NCBI GenBank assembly: GCA_963614095.1
Contig: CAVECM010000013.1
Coordinates: 10,753 to 74,752, forward strand
Direction of reading: 5' to 3'
Length of the DNA: 64,000 nt
DNA from: Bacteroidaceae bacterium
Lineage (GTDB): Bacteria > Bacillota > Clostridia > Peptostreptococcales > Anaerovoracaceae
Part shown: positions 9,682-19,285 of the stretch, in pieces
Layout of the letters: every line of letters starts with the position of its first letter
Numbering within the stretch: the first letter of the stretch is position 1
Notes under the pieces: generated by a model
What the model was told of the DNA's origin: nothing
Databases searched by the model: none
What the model saw: only the letters and a program-made list of their open reading frames with translations
Translations under genes and position numbers: made by a program

Positions 9682-10947
9682 TTATTTCTTCTCGTATCGC
9701 TTGACGATGATACTGGAGTTCTGCCCGCCGAATCCGAGTGCGTTTGACATCGCAGTATCAACATTTGCCTTTCGCGGACCCTCAGGCACGAAATCAAGAT
9801 CACATTTCGGATCAGGAGTGTGATAATTAAGGGTAGGGGGTATTATTCCCGTCTCTATAGCCTTGATGCATGCGATAACTTCAGTTATCCCTCCGGCGCC
9901 CATCAGATGTCCGGTATTTCCCTTTGTGGAGCTCACCGGCGGAATTTTCGCCTTGAGCTCTGCAGGCATCTCGCTGTCCGGGTCATCCCATCCGAAAAGC
10001 GTCTTTATCGCAAGCACCTCAACAGGATCTCCGACCGGAGTGGACGTCCCGTGCGCATTTATATAATCGATATCCTCAGGCTTGAGCCCTGCCTTGCTCA
10101 GAGCGCTCTTCATGCATGCGACAGCACCGCTTCCGTCAGGTCTCGGAGATGTCACATGATATGCATCCGTGTTGTTTCCGTATCCCGCAAGGCTGCAGAT
10201 TATCTTCGCACCTCTCTTCAGAGCGTGCTCTTCTGTTTCCAGAACAATGGCACCGCCGCCTTCACCCATGACAAATCCGCTGCGGTCTGCATCAAACGGT
10301 CTGCAGGCTGTTTCAGGATCAGGATTCTTGGAAAGCGCCTTAGCCTGTGCCAGTGTAGACATTATAATAGGGCAGTGCGAGCTTTCTCCGCTTGCGACCA
10401 GCATCACATCAGCCTCTCCCGAATTGAGAAGCATCGCGGCAATGCATATCGCATCTCCTCCGGATGAGCATGCAGTGCTTACCGTAAAGCTCGGTCCGTG
10501 TATGCCGTACGCAATTGCAATCTGCGCAGCACCCAGGTTTCCCAGAATCTTAGGCAGAAAACGCGGGCTGACTTTTTTCCTGCCGCCTGCATATGCCTCT
10601 TCTGTCTCTGCAATCTCTGATGTACCGTTCAATGCGGTAGCCATCACGATGCCGATTCTGTCATTCTCCGCATCTATATCTATACCGCTTTGCTCTATCG
10701 CTTCCTTTGCTGATGCAAAAGCATACTGTATAAAAGTCCCTGTTTCCTTAGCCAGTTTAGGTGACATGTAGTTCTTAGGATCAAAGCCCTTGACTTCTCC
10801 GGCAATTGTAATCGGTACGTTTTCGTCCTGAAATCTGGTAATCTTATTGATTCCGCATTTCATATCAAGAATACCCTGCCAGTACTCGTCAACACCGATG
10901 CCTATCGGCGTCACTGCTCCGAGGCCTGTAATAACTAAGTTTTTCAT
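9682..10947 (-). CDS. fabF: Beta-ketoacyl-ACP synthase II
   Basis: VITGLGAVTPIG, TACSSG (catalytic Cys), NAHGTST, GHLMGA, SNALGFGGQN; start at MKNLV after GGGAGG. Confidence 0.9.
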   Translation of the reverse strand: MKNLVITGLGAVTPIGIGVDEYWQGILDMKCGINKITRFQDENVPITIAGEVKGFDPKNYMSPKLAKETGTFIQYAFASAKEAIEQSGIDIDAENDRIGIVMATALNGTSEIAETEEAYAGGRKKVSPRFLPKILGNLGAAQIAIAYGIHGPSFTVSTACSSGGDAICIAAMLLNSGEADVMLVASGESSHCPIIMSTLAQAKALSKNPDPETACRPFDADRSGFVMGEGGGAIVLETEEHALKRGAKIICSLAGYGNNTDAYHVTSPRPDGSGAVACMKSALSKAGLKPEDIDYINAHGTSTPVGDPVEVLAIKTLFGWDDPDSEMPAELKAKIPPVSSTKGNTGHLMGAGGITEVIACIKAIETGIIPPTLNYHTPDPKCDLDFVPEGPRKANVDTAMSNALGFGGQNSSIIVKRYEKK

Positions 10948-11032
10948 TTTGTTTAAAACCTCCCAAATCATGCCAATTATTTGTATTTTATCACAGTGAG
11001 GGCTAAAAGTCATCTTTAATTTGGGATTTTTA

Positions 11033-11061
11033 TTGACACGGCAGAGGGCATTGGATATCAT
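11033..11061 (+). promoter_or_regulatory. sigma-A promoter for the DUF896 gene
   Basis: TTGACA-17bp-TATCAT. Confidence 0.6.
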
Positions 11062-11123
11062 TTATTTGGCGGAAAATCAAGCTGCGGCACATCGTGCTGT
11101 CAATAATACGGAGGACATAAAAC

Positions 11124-11363
11124 ATGCTTAAAAAAGAAAAAATAGACAGAATAAATCATCTCGCAAAGAAATCCAAAACTCACGGACTCACCGACGAAGA
11201 AAAAGAAGAGCAGGCTCAGCTCAGAAAAGAATATATAGAGAAATTCAGAGAACACTTCAAAAGCCACCTGAACAGAGTGAAATTCGTCGAGGATCTTACC
11301 GAGGAGGAGCTGGCCGAAATACAGAAGGAGAAGGAACAGCACAGACATAAAAAGCAGAATTAA
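11124..11363 (+). CDS. DUF896/UPF0291 (YnzC-like) small protein
   Basis: IDRINHLAKK...GLTDEEKEEQAQLRKEYIEKFR family signature; RBS GGAGG. Confidence 0.85.
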   Translation: MLKKEKIDRINHLAKKSKTHGLTDEEKEEQAQLRKEYIEKFREHFKSHLNRVKFVEDLTEEELAEIQKEKEQHRHKKQN

Positions 11364-11734
11364 AACTGCATCAGGCGACACAGGCGGCAATTAAAAATCA
11401 ACTTCGGCTCCAGGCGAAATCTTCATGTGAGGGGCGGCCGCACTGCCCCCGGCAGCTGCTTTCGATAAATGCATGGCTGCCGCCGGACACCGAAGCTCTG
11501 AACGTATACTCCGGTTGAACGTTAACTCTAATTTAATTATGTAAATCATGTGAACTCTGTAAACTCTGCATGCTTACTCATATCTTTATCCGTTCTTTCG
11601 AAGACCTTCTTCACTGATTCAATGTGAAGTGCATCGCCATTTTACCATTACTCCTGCCAATTACCGTGGATAATTATTTGAGAAATTTATAATCCTGAAT
11701 GCTCATAGTACTTGAAAATTCAACATTTCTTCCT

Positions 11735-11760
11735 AAAACCTACTAAATTTATCGGAAAAA
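11735..11760 (+). promoter_or_regulatory. Rrf2-family (CymR/IscR-type) operator upstream of iscS
   Basis: AAAACCTACTAAATTTATCGGAAAAA fits the CymR-box pattern AAWNCN2ANTWNAN3ATMGG; extended -10 TGgTATAAT at 11802-11810. Confidence 0.6.
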
Positions 11761-11914
11761 TTATATTTATTGCCCGAAACGTATTGCAATCTTAATTAAA
11801 TTGGTATAATATAATCCCAGAAAATATCATTTCAGAGATATTATGCTGTGCTGATCCGGATTAAACCAGCAATACTTATTACATACAGCAGTACAAAACA
11901 AAAGGAGTTTTATC

Positions 11915-13084
11915 ATGAAACAGGTATATCTTGATTATTCGGCAACAACACCTGTTAAAGAAGAAGTCGTCAGGGAAATGCTGCCGTTCTTCACCGAACG
12001 ATTCGGCAATCCTTCCAGTCTCTATGAGGCGGGTCTTGATGCGAAATCAGGTCTTGATAAGGCCAGGGCACAGGTTGCCTCCCTCATAAACGCAGACCCG
12101 AAGGAAATATTCTTTACGTCCTGCGGCACTGAAGCTGACAACTGGGTTCTTGAAGGTACAGCGAACGCTCTGAAGCACAAGGGCAGACATATCATCACCA
12201 GCAGAATCGAGCATCATGCGATACTTCACACATGCCGGTATCTGGAGAAGCTGGGTTTTGAAATAACATATCTTGACGTTGACGGAGAGGGCTTCGTATC
12301 ACCGGAAGCACTCGAAAAAGCCATCCGCAGGGATACGATTCTCGTCAGCATTATGATGGTAAACAATGAAATCGGCACAATTGAACCGATAAAAGAACTG
12401 GCAGCCGTTGCAGAATCGCACGGTGTCCTTTTTCATACCGATGCAGTTCAGGGACTCGGCAACGTGCCTATCGATGTAAAAGACCTCGGCGTCGACTTCC
12501 TGTCGATGTCGGCACACAAAATATACGGACCGAAGGGAACCGGCGCGCTTTACATGAGAAAAGGCGTAAGAATAACGAACTTCATGCACGGCGGTGCACA
12601 GGAAACAAAGCGAAGAGCGGGAACCGAGAATATGGCCGGCATTGCCGGATTCGGAAAGGCAGCGGAGCTTGCGGCTGCAAACCTTGCTCAGCATATCGAG
12701 CACAGCACAAGGCTGAGAGACTACCTCTGGGAACAGATCGAGGCGAACATTTCCGGCGTCACCCTCAACGGTCCGCGTGAAAAGAGACATCCGGGCAACC
12801 TGAACGTATCATTTGACTATATCGAGGGTGAATCGATACTGCTGATGCTCGATGCATTCGGAATCAGTATCTCCACCGGCTCGGCATGCTCGTCAAAATC
12901 GCTGGTGCCTTCGCATGTGCTCGAGGCTATCGGCATCACAATAACAAAAATGAACGGCACGGTGAGATTCACCGTGGGCGACTTTACAACAAAAGAAGAT
13001 ATTGATTACGTCGTTGAAACACTGATAAAAATCGTTGAACGACTCAGAGAATTATCCCCGGTAACGGGACAGGAGGGATGGTAA
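11915..13084 (+). CDS. iscS: Cysteine desulfurase NifS/IscS (group I)
   Basis: YLDYSATTP, FGNPSS, SAHKIYGPKG (PLP Lys), STGSACSS (catalytic Cys). Confidence 0.94.
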   Translation: MKQVYLDYSATTPVKEEVVREMLPFFTERFGNPSSLYEAGLDAKSGLDKARAQVASLINADPKEIFFTSCGTEADNWVLEGTANALKHKGRHIITSRIEHHAILHTCRYLEKLGFEITYLDVDGEGFVSPEALEKAIRRDTILVSIMMVNNEIGTIEPIKELAAVAESHGVLFHTDAVQGLGNVPIDVKDLGVDFLSMSAHKIYGPKGTGALYMRKGVRITNFMHGGAQETKRRAGTENMAGIAGFGKAAELAAANLAQHIEHSTRLRDYLWEQIEANISGVTLNGPREKRHPGNLNVSFDYIEGESILLMLDAFGISISTGSACSSKSLVPSHVLEAIGITITKMNGTVRFTVGDFTTKEDIDYVVETLIKIVERLRELSPVTGQEGW

Positions 13085-13086
13085 AA

Positions 13087-13539
13087 ATGGCACTGTATAA
13101 CGATAAAGTAATGGATCATTTCCTGAATCCGCACAATGTCGGCGAGATTGAGAACGCTGACGGAATCGGCACCTACGGCAGCCCTGTCTGCGGCGACATG
13201 ATGCAGATGTCGATAAATGTCGATGAGAACGATATCATAACCGATGCGAAATTCAAAACCTTCGGATGCGGCAGCGCTATTGCCTCGTCAAGCATGGCTA
13301 CTGACATGATTATCGGAAAAAGCGTGGAGGATGCGCTGAAGCTTTCGAATCAGAAGATTGTCGATGAGCTCGGGGGGCTTCCTGCTGTAAAGCTGCACTG
13401 TTCCGTGCTGGCTGAGCATGCCATAAAGGCGGCGATTTATGATTATGCGGTGAAAAACGGTAAAACATATGCGGGTCTTGAAGACTTCGACCCGAATGAG
13501 GAAGAGGATCATCACCATGACATCGATGAAGAAGAATAA
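13087..13539 (+). CDS. iscU: Fe-S cluster scaffold IscU/NifU
   Basis: VMDHFLNPHNVG, PVCGD, FKTFGCGSAIAS, KLHCSVL (three Cys); acidic/His C-terminal tail. Confidence 0.92.
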   Translation: MALYNDKVMDHFLNPHNVGEIENADGIGTYGSPVCGDMMQMSINVDENDIITDAKFKTFGCGSAIASSSMATDMIIGKSVEDALKLSNQKIVDELGGLPAVKLHCSVLAEHAIKAAIYDYAVKNGKTYAGLEDFDPNEEEDHHHDIDEEE

Positions 13540-14776
13540 CAAAACTCCCGGTCTGAATCCCGCCCCGGGTTCGGTCTCGGGTTCAGCTCCGGGTTCAGCC
13601 GGCAATCCCGCTCCGGCGGCGAGTTCGAATCAGGACAGCAATTCAGAAACGAGGATAAACAATTATAATATTCCGGCGGTGAACAGAAAAGTGGTTCTGG
13701 GGCTGAGCGGCGGTGTTGACAGTACCGCCGCTGCTTTGATTCTTCAGGAAAGGGGCTATGAAGTCACAGGACTTTATTTTGATGTCTTCGGCGGCAATGA
13801 AAAATCGGCAGCAGGCAGGGAAAAGGCCGAAACCGCGGCGCGGCAGCTGGGAATAAAATTCATTTACAGGGATGTCAGCGATGAATTCCGTGAGAAGATT
13901 ATCGGCAATTTCTGCAGCGAATATTCATGCGGCAGAACGCCGAATCCGTGCATAATATGCAATCCCGGCATTAAATTCAGGGTTCTGCTGGAAGCAGCAG
14001 ACAGCGAGGGTGCGCAGTACATAGCGACGGGACATTATGCGGGGACTTTTTATGATGCAGAAACCGGCAGGTGGTTTATCCGCCGGGCGGCAAGCGAGAA
14101 AAAGGACCAGTCGTATATGCTTTACAGGCTGGGGCAGGAGGTCATATCGCGGCTGCTTCTCCCGCTGGACGATGCGGAGGATAAGGAAAAAATCCGCGAA
14201 ATCGCGAGGAAAAACGATATGAAAAACGCAGAGGCGAAGGACAGCCAGGAAATCTGCTTTATTGATGACGGAGACAACTATAAGGCATTCCTGAAACGCC
14301 GCGGTTATGAAAGCCCCGAGGGGGACTTTGTCGATGCCGCCGGAAATGTGCTCGGGCGCCACAAGGGTATACTGAATTATACGATAGGCCAGCGCAAGGG
14401 GCTTGGCATCGCATTGGGAAAGCCTGCCTTCGTCACGGCGATAGACGGGGTTAAGAATCAGGTTGTGCTGGGAGACAACGCCGATCTTTTCAAGACAGAG
14501 GTCTGTTCGTCGGATAACATAATGTTCGGAATCCGGACGGGTTTTCAGGCGGCCTCGGGATGCTCTGTGATTCCGGATGAACTCCGTTCATGGCTCAGCG
14601 AGGGCATCAGCGCGAAGATTCGTTATGCTGCAAAGCCTGCAGCTGCGTCTCTGTCGCTGCTCGAGGATGGCAGGGTGCTGGCTTCTTTCAAAGATCCGCA
14701 GCGAGCCCCGACGCCGGGGCAGTCAATCGTTTTTTACAAAAACGACTTTGTGATAGGCGGCGGATTTATCGACTGA
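13526..14776 (+). CDS. mnmA: tRNA 2-thiouridine(34) synthase MnmA (start uncertain)
   Basis: GLSGGVDS, TPNPCIICN, IATGHY, KDQSY, DSQEICF, YTIGQRKGLG, PGQS. Confidence 0.92.
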   Translation: MKKNNKTPGLNPAPGSVSGSAPGSAGNPAPAASSNQDSNSETRINNYNIPAVNRKVVLGLSGGVDSTAAALILQERGYEVTGLYFDVFGGNEKSAAGREKAETAARQLGIKFIYRDVSDEFREKIIGNFCSEYSCGRTPNPCIICNPGIKFRVLLEAADSEGAQYIATGHYAGTFYDAETGRWFIRRAASEKKDQSYMLYRLGQEVISRLLLPLDDAEDKEKIREIARKNDMKNAEAKDSQEICFIDDGDNYKAFLKRRGYESPEGDFVDAAGNVLGRHKGILNYTIGQRKGLGIALGKPAFVTAIDGVKNQVVLGDNADLFKTEVCSSDNIMFGIRTGFQAASGCSVIPDELRSWLSEGISAKIRYAAKPAAASLSLLEDGRVLASFKDPQRAPTPGQSIVFYKNDFVIGGGFID

Positions 14777-15099
14777 AAATCTCAAATGATAATGGCTTTT
14801 GCCCGATCTGTTTAATAATGACTTTTCCCGAATCTGATTAATAATGACCATTACCGGATTTATAAGATAAACAGGACGGCGATTATCAGATGCTGTGCCT
14901 CGCCGGCTGCTCCGCATCTGCAGACTTGGGATTTGGGATTTGGAATCCGGCGGCCGGGATAAAACCCGATTCGAGGTTCAGTAAAATTCTGTTTCCCATA
15001 CCCGCCGGCTGTAAATCATGTTATAATGATTTTACGAATCAAATGATAATCCCTTGATTTTCAAGGTGACAAACAAATCCAGCAGGGAGGTTAAGCAAA

Positions 15100-15480
15100 A
15101 TGAGCACAATTAAAAAAATACACACAGAAAAAGCACCTGCAGCTGTAGGTCCTTATTCGCAGGCAATAGAAGTAAACGGCATGATTTACACGTCGGGACA
15201 GGTTCCGCTTGACCCGGCTACAGGCAAAATAGTTGAAGGCGATATCAGAGCTCAGGCTGACAGAGCAATCCGAAATGTCATCGCAGTTCTGGAGGAGGCG
15301 GGTACAAGCGCTGACAAGGTTGTGAAAACCATGTGCTTCCTTGCTGACATGAGTGACTTTGCCGCATTTAATGAAGTGTACGCTGAATATTTTACAGAAA
15401 AGCCTGCCAGATCATGTGTTGCAGTCAAGTCACTTCCGAAGGACGCTTTGTGTGAAATCGACGTTATTGCAGTGCTGTAG
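15100..15480 (+). CDS. ridA: RidA/YjgF family reactive-intermediate imine deaminase
   Basis: [39 protein letters not shown]. Confidence 0.9.
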   Translation: MSTIKKIHTEKAPAAVGPYSQAIEVNGMIYTSGQVPLDPATGKIVEGDIRAQADRAIRNVIAVLEEAGTSADKVVKTMCFLADMSDFAAFNEVYAEYFTEKPARSCVAVKSLPKDALCEIDVIAVL

Positions 15481-15623
15481 CCGGTATTACAGCGGCAGTA
15501 ACCCCGGATTCGTCAAAATCACAGATTCATCGGTAATCGGAGCAATATAATTCTGTTTTACATTCAGGATAAAACATGATATAATATTTGTGGTTCGGGC
15601 TTTTAAACAACCCGAATCGCTGT

Positions 15624-15697
15624 GCGGATGTAGTTTAGTGGCAAAACCTTAGCTTCCCAAGCTAAAGTTGTGGGTTCGATTCCCATCATCCGCTCCA
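15624..15697 (+). tRNA. tRNA-Gly (anticodon CCC)
   Basis: GCGGATG/CATCCGC acceptor stem, TTAGC-TTCCCAA-GCTAA anticodon arm, GGTTCGATTCC T-loop, encoded CCA. Confidence 0.96.
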
Positions 15698-15712
15698 CGC
15701 ATAAAAGCCTGA

Positions 15713-15755
15713 AACCCTTGCAGTTTTTTTATAGCTGCAGGGGTTTTTCCTTTTA
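15713..15755 (+). terminator. Terminator after tRNA-Gly
   Basis: AAACCCTTGCAG...CTGCAGGGGTTT followed by a T-rich tract. Confidence 0.65.
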
Positions 15756-16023
15756 TTGATGCGGAAGTAAACCATATTATTGATATTATCAGGGTCTCAG
15801 ACCCGCGGAAATCAGAAAAATCTCCCGCTTTGCACCGATGCGTTTTCGTGCCGTATATGTCCGGCTGCACCGATGCAGAGGGGAGATTTTCACTGTGCCG
15901 CAATCACTGTGAGCTGTTGACTGTGACATAATATGATCAATGTTTTGGAGAATTTTATGAGATTTGTTATATGTTGTATGTGTGTGTTATTCAAGTGCCG
16001 GCTGCGAATGTCAGCTGTGTGTG

Positions 16024-17319
16024 TTATTCGATTACCGGTTCGTATCCGTCATATTCGCCGGCAGCAATTGAAGCGATAGTGCTGAGTGTTCTGTCAATGT
16101 CGCCCTCTGTACAGTAAGGCGCAAGACCCATTCTCACTACACCGCCGCTTTCATAAAGCCCGATAGCCTTCATAGCGCCGATAGCATAGAAATCACCGTT
16201 CCAGTTGTTGATGCCCTTGGAGCCGAGCACCTTTGCAACAAAATCATTCGAGTAATTGTCCATAGTGAATACCACGGTCGGTGTTCTCGGCTGACCCTCG
16301 GCAGGACCATAGACATTAACACCCTTGATTTTGCGCAGACCTTTGCGAAGTTTGTCGCCGAGAGGTGCTTCATAGGCATCGATAGCCAGCATTCCGGCAA
16401 CGACATTTCTTCTTCTGCCTTCGAGACCCTCCAGCTCTTCTGTAAAGAATTCAGCATACTTTTCACCGATGGAAGCGATGAAGTTTACAGCCGCTTCACA
16501 TCCGCGCAGATGTTCGTACTGAGGTGTACCCATGTGGAACTGTCTTGCACCCTCTGCGATATCGTCAGCCTTTGCATTGTTGAAGTCGATTCTGTCCACG
16601 TGCTCCTTCTTGAGATAGATAAGACCCATGTGAGGTCCGAACCATTTGTAAGGCGAGCAGAGGAGAGCGTCAGTATCGATAGCCTTTACATCAATCGGCA
16701 GATGAGCTGCATAGTGCACTGCGTCTATTACTGTAAATGCGCCGAATTTGTGAGCTTCATCTATAAACTTCTTTACATCCGTAATTGTGCCGAGACCGTT
16801 TGACGCCCAGTTGACAGCAACTACCTTTGTCTTATCGGAAAGCTTCGATTTGAAGTCTTCAAAGTCAAGCTGCTGCGTTTCAGGGTCTACGCGTATAGTC
16901 TTTATCACACAGCCGAATCTTTCCAGAGACTGCCACGGTGCGACATTGCACTGATGGTCGATTGCGGAAATGATTATTTCATCGCCCGGCTTGAACTCCT
17001 TGGAGATGTTCATTGCCAGATTGTAGCAGTTCTGAGTCGAAGAGCAGTTGTATCCGACTTCTTCTGCATCACAGCCGAGAAAATCTGCAGCTGCCTGTCT
17101 TGCAGCAATCTCGATATCGCGCTGCTTCGTACTTGCTCTGAAGTTGCCGTCCTCGTTGGCATTATCATTGATAAGATATCCTGTGATGGCATCCAGAACA
17201 CACTGTGGTACCTGAGTGCCTCCCGGGCCGTCGAGATAAGCGATCGGAGTTCCGTTTATTTCTAATTTACATGCAGGGAACTGGTCGCGCAGTGCTTGTA
17301 CATCGAATTTAAATTCCAT
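16024..17319 (-). CDS. Class-V PLP enzyme, 'cysteine desulfurase-like' subfamily lacking the catalytic Cys
   Basis: YLDGPGGTQVP N-terminal signature, IDAVHYAAH, CSPYKWFGPH (PLP Lys); GDFYA where SufS has GHHCA. Confidence 0.82.
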   Translation of the reverse strand: MEFKFDVQALRDQFPACKLEINGTPIAYLDGPGGTQVPQCVLDAITGYLINDNANEDGNFRASTKQRDIEIAARQAAADFLGCDAEEVGYNCSSTQNCYNLAMNISKEFKPGDEIIISAIDHQCNVAPWQSLERFGCVIKTIRVDPETQQLDFEDFKSKLSDKTKVVAVNWASNGLGTITDVKKFIDEAHKFGAFTVIDAVHYAAHLPIDVKAIDTDALLCSPYKWFGPHMGLIYLKKEHVDRIDFNNAKADDIAEGARQFHMGTPQYEHLRGCEAAVNFIASIGEKYAEFFTEELEGLEGRRRNVVAGMLAIDAYEAPLGDKLRKGLRKIKGVNVYGPAEGQPRTPTVVFTMDNYSNDFVAKVLGSKGINNWNGDFYAIGAMKAIGLYESGGVVRMGLAPYCTEGDIDRTLSTIASIAAGEYDGYEPVIE

Positions 17320-17554
17320 TTTACTACCTCCGTTTTTCCTTTCATTATTACCTGTGAATTTAACTTACGGTTTGCCGCGTCTGTCTGCGATTGTCTGCGT
17401 TCATCCGCATTTTCCGGTTTTCACCTGCGTTGTTCAGCTTTTATACGCATCTGTCCGCATCTGTCCGCGTTTATCAGTGTTTTGTGATTTGTCTCCATTA
17501 TATAAATTGCAGAATTTCGTACAAGTGTTCAGAATCTGAATAAAAAAGGGCGGT

Positions 17555-17612
17555 TTTGTACAAAATACAAAAGCTGACAAGGCAATTCACATACTTTGTA
17601 CAAAATACAAAA
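17555..17612. promoter_or_regulatory. Paired operator TTTGT-N7-ACAAA in the divergent promoter
   Basis: Exact direct repeat TTTGTACAAAATACAAAA at 17555-17572 and 17595-17612; partial copies near 17516 and 17632. Confidence 0.65.
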
Positions 17613-17768
17613 AATTCAAATCGTTTTATTTTTTGTACAATTGTGCAGGTTTTAGAACAATGATAGACTACAGCCAAGAAAACAGATAGAGTTTCCGGAA
17701 ACATTCAAAAGCATTACCAAAACATTAAAACCTTTAAAACACGTTTGAAGAAACGGAGGAACATTATT

Positions 17769-19127
17769 ATGGAAGACAAGAACATACAGGGGACTGTAAA
17801 AGAAATCGCGCCCCGTAAAAATCTGGGCTTCTGGGCTCTGTGGGCTCTGGGTGTAGGCTCAGTTGTAGGTGACGGTATTTTCCTGCTTCTCGGACAGGGC
17901 GTTCAGGTTGCGGGACCGAGTTCCGTCCTGGTATTCGCAGTTGCGGGCATCATTCAGGCAATAGTAATGATCAGTCTGGCCGAGCTGGCTGTAGGCATGC
18001 CGAGTGCCGGAGCAATGTCAGTATGGATTGACAGATTTCTCGGCGGCTGGTGGGGATATCTGGCAGGATTCGGATTCACAGCCGGCTGGATTATCGCCGG
18101 AGGCAGCACAGGCATCGCACTCGGAACACTGACATGCTGGTATTTCCCGGGACTGAATCAGGAATTATGGACAGTTCTGTTCGGAATCATTTTCTTAACT
18201 ATCTTTGCAGCTCTGAACGTATTCGGTGCAGCGATTGCAGCTCGTACACAGCTCATTATGGTTCTGGCTCTGCTGGCGGTAATGGTCGTATTCGGTATCG
18301 CCACTATGCCGAGTGTTGAAACCAGCGATCTGACACCTTTCGCACCTTACGGAATCGCAGGCTGCATGGCAGCGCTTCCTCTCGGAACATACGCATATCA
18401 GGGAGCCGTGACGCTCACGACAGCCGGTGATGAATGTAAAGATGTCAGAAACCTGCCTAAGGCACTTGTATGGTCAAGCATCACGTTTATAGTGGTTTAC
18501 ACTGTATGCATGATTGGTGTTCTCGGAATCATTCCGTGGGATCAGATTTCAATGGCAGAATCGCCGTTTACATTAGCAGCAGCCAAGGTATTCGGAAAGG
18601 CAGCCGGCTTCATCATGAACAGTGCAGGATGGCTGGCAGCAGCAACATGCATCATCATGGGAACACTTTATTCATCATCAAGAGTATTCTATCACATGGC
18701 AAAGGTAGGACAGATGCCTAAGGTATTCGGAGAAATGAATCCTAAGACAAGAACTCCTGTCAAAGGTGTAATCATCATCTGGGCGCTGTCAGTAGCAATG
18801 GTTCTGCTGGGAACAATCAATGCAGACCTTGTATATGTGACACTTTCCAATCAGATTACGATAACATACGCTGTAATATGGATTCTGGCTCTTGTCGCTG
18901 CAATCAGATACAGAATGAAGTGCCCGGATGAGGTAAAGGCAGGCGGCTTCAAGATGCCTCTCTTCCCGGTACTGCCGGTAATAGGAATTATCGGAGTGGC
19001 ATTCGTGCTTTACACATGCATCTCCAGCTACCTCACATCTGTTATTCTCACTGTAATATGGATGGCACTGCTGTATGTATACTACAGACTGGTAGTAAAG
19101 AAGAAGGAGCATCTCGAAACATATTAA
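17769..19127 (+). CDS. APC family amino acid/polyamine permease
   Basis: GVGSVVGDGIF in TM1, ELAVGMPSAG, about 12 TM helices, SSSRVFYHMAK, TRTP; RBS GGAGG. Confidence 0.88.
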   Translation: MEDKNIQGTVKEIAPRKNLGFWALWALGVGSVVGDGIFLLLGQGVQVAGPSSVLVFAVAGIIQAIVMISLAELAVGMPSAGAMSVWIDRFLGGWWGYLAGFGFTAGWIIAGGSTGIALGTLTCWYFPGLNQELWTVLFGIIFLTIFAALNVFGAAIAARTQLIMVLALLAVMVVFGIATMPSVETSDLTPFAPYGIAGCMAALPLGTYAYQGAVTLTTAGDECKDVRNLPKALVWSSITFIVVYTVCMIGVLGIIPWDQISMAESPFTLAAAKVFGKAAGFIMNSAGWLAAATCIIMGTLYSSSRVFYHMAKVGQMPKVFGEMNPKTRTPVKGVIIIWALSVAMVLLGTINADLVYVTLSNQITITYAVIWILALVAAIRYRMKCPDEVKAGGFKMPLFPVLPVIGIIGVAFVLYTCISSYLTSVILTVIWMALLYVYYRLVVKKKEHLETY

Positions 19128-19285
19128 AAACACTTCAGCGGAATAAACCGGCGGCATCGTGATGTCCGGCCGGGGGTCCGTATTACATATATCGGAATTC
19201 CGATGTCTTAACAAGCAAGGATCTGCACCGCGGATTCCGATAATGAATTAAGATAAATCAAATACATGTCAGGAGGTATGAAGAA

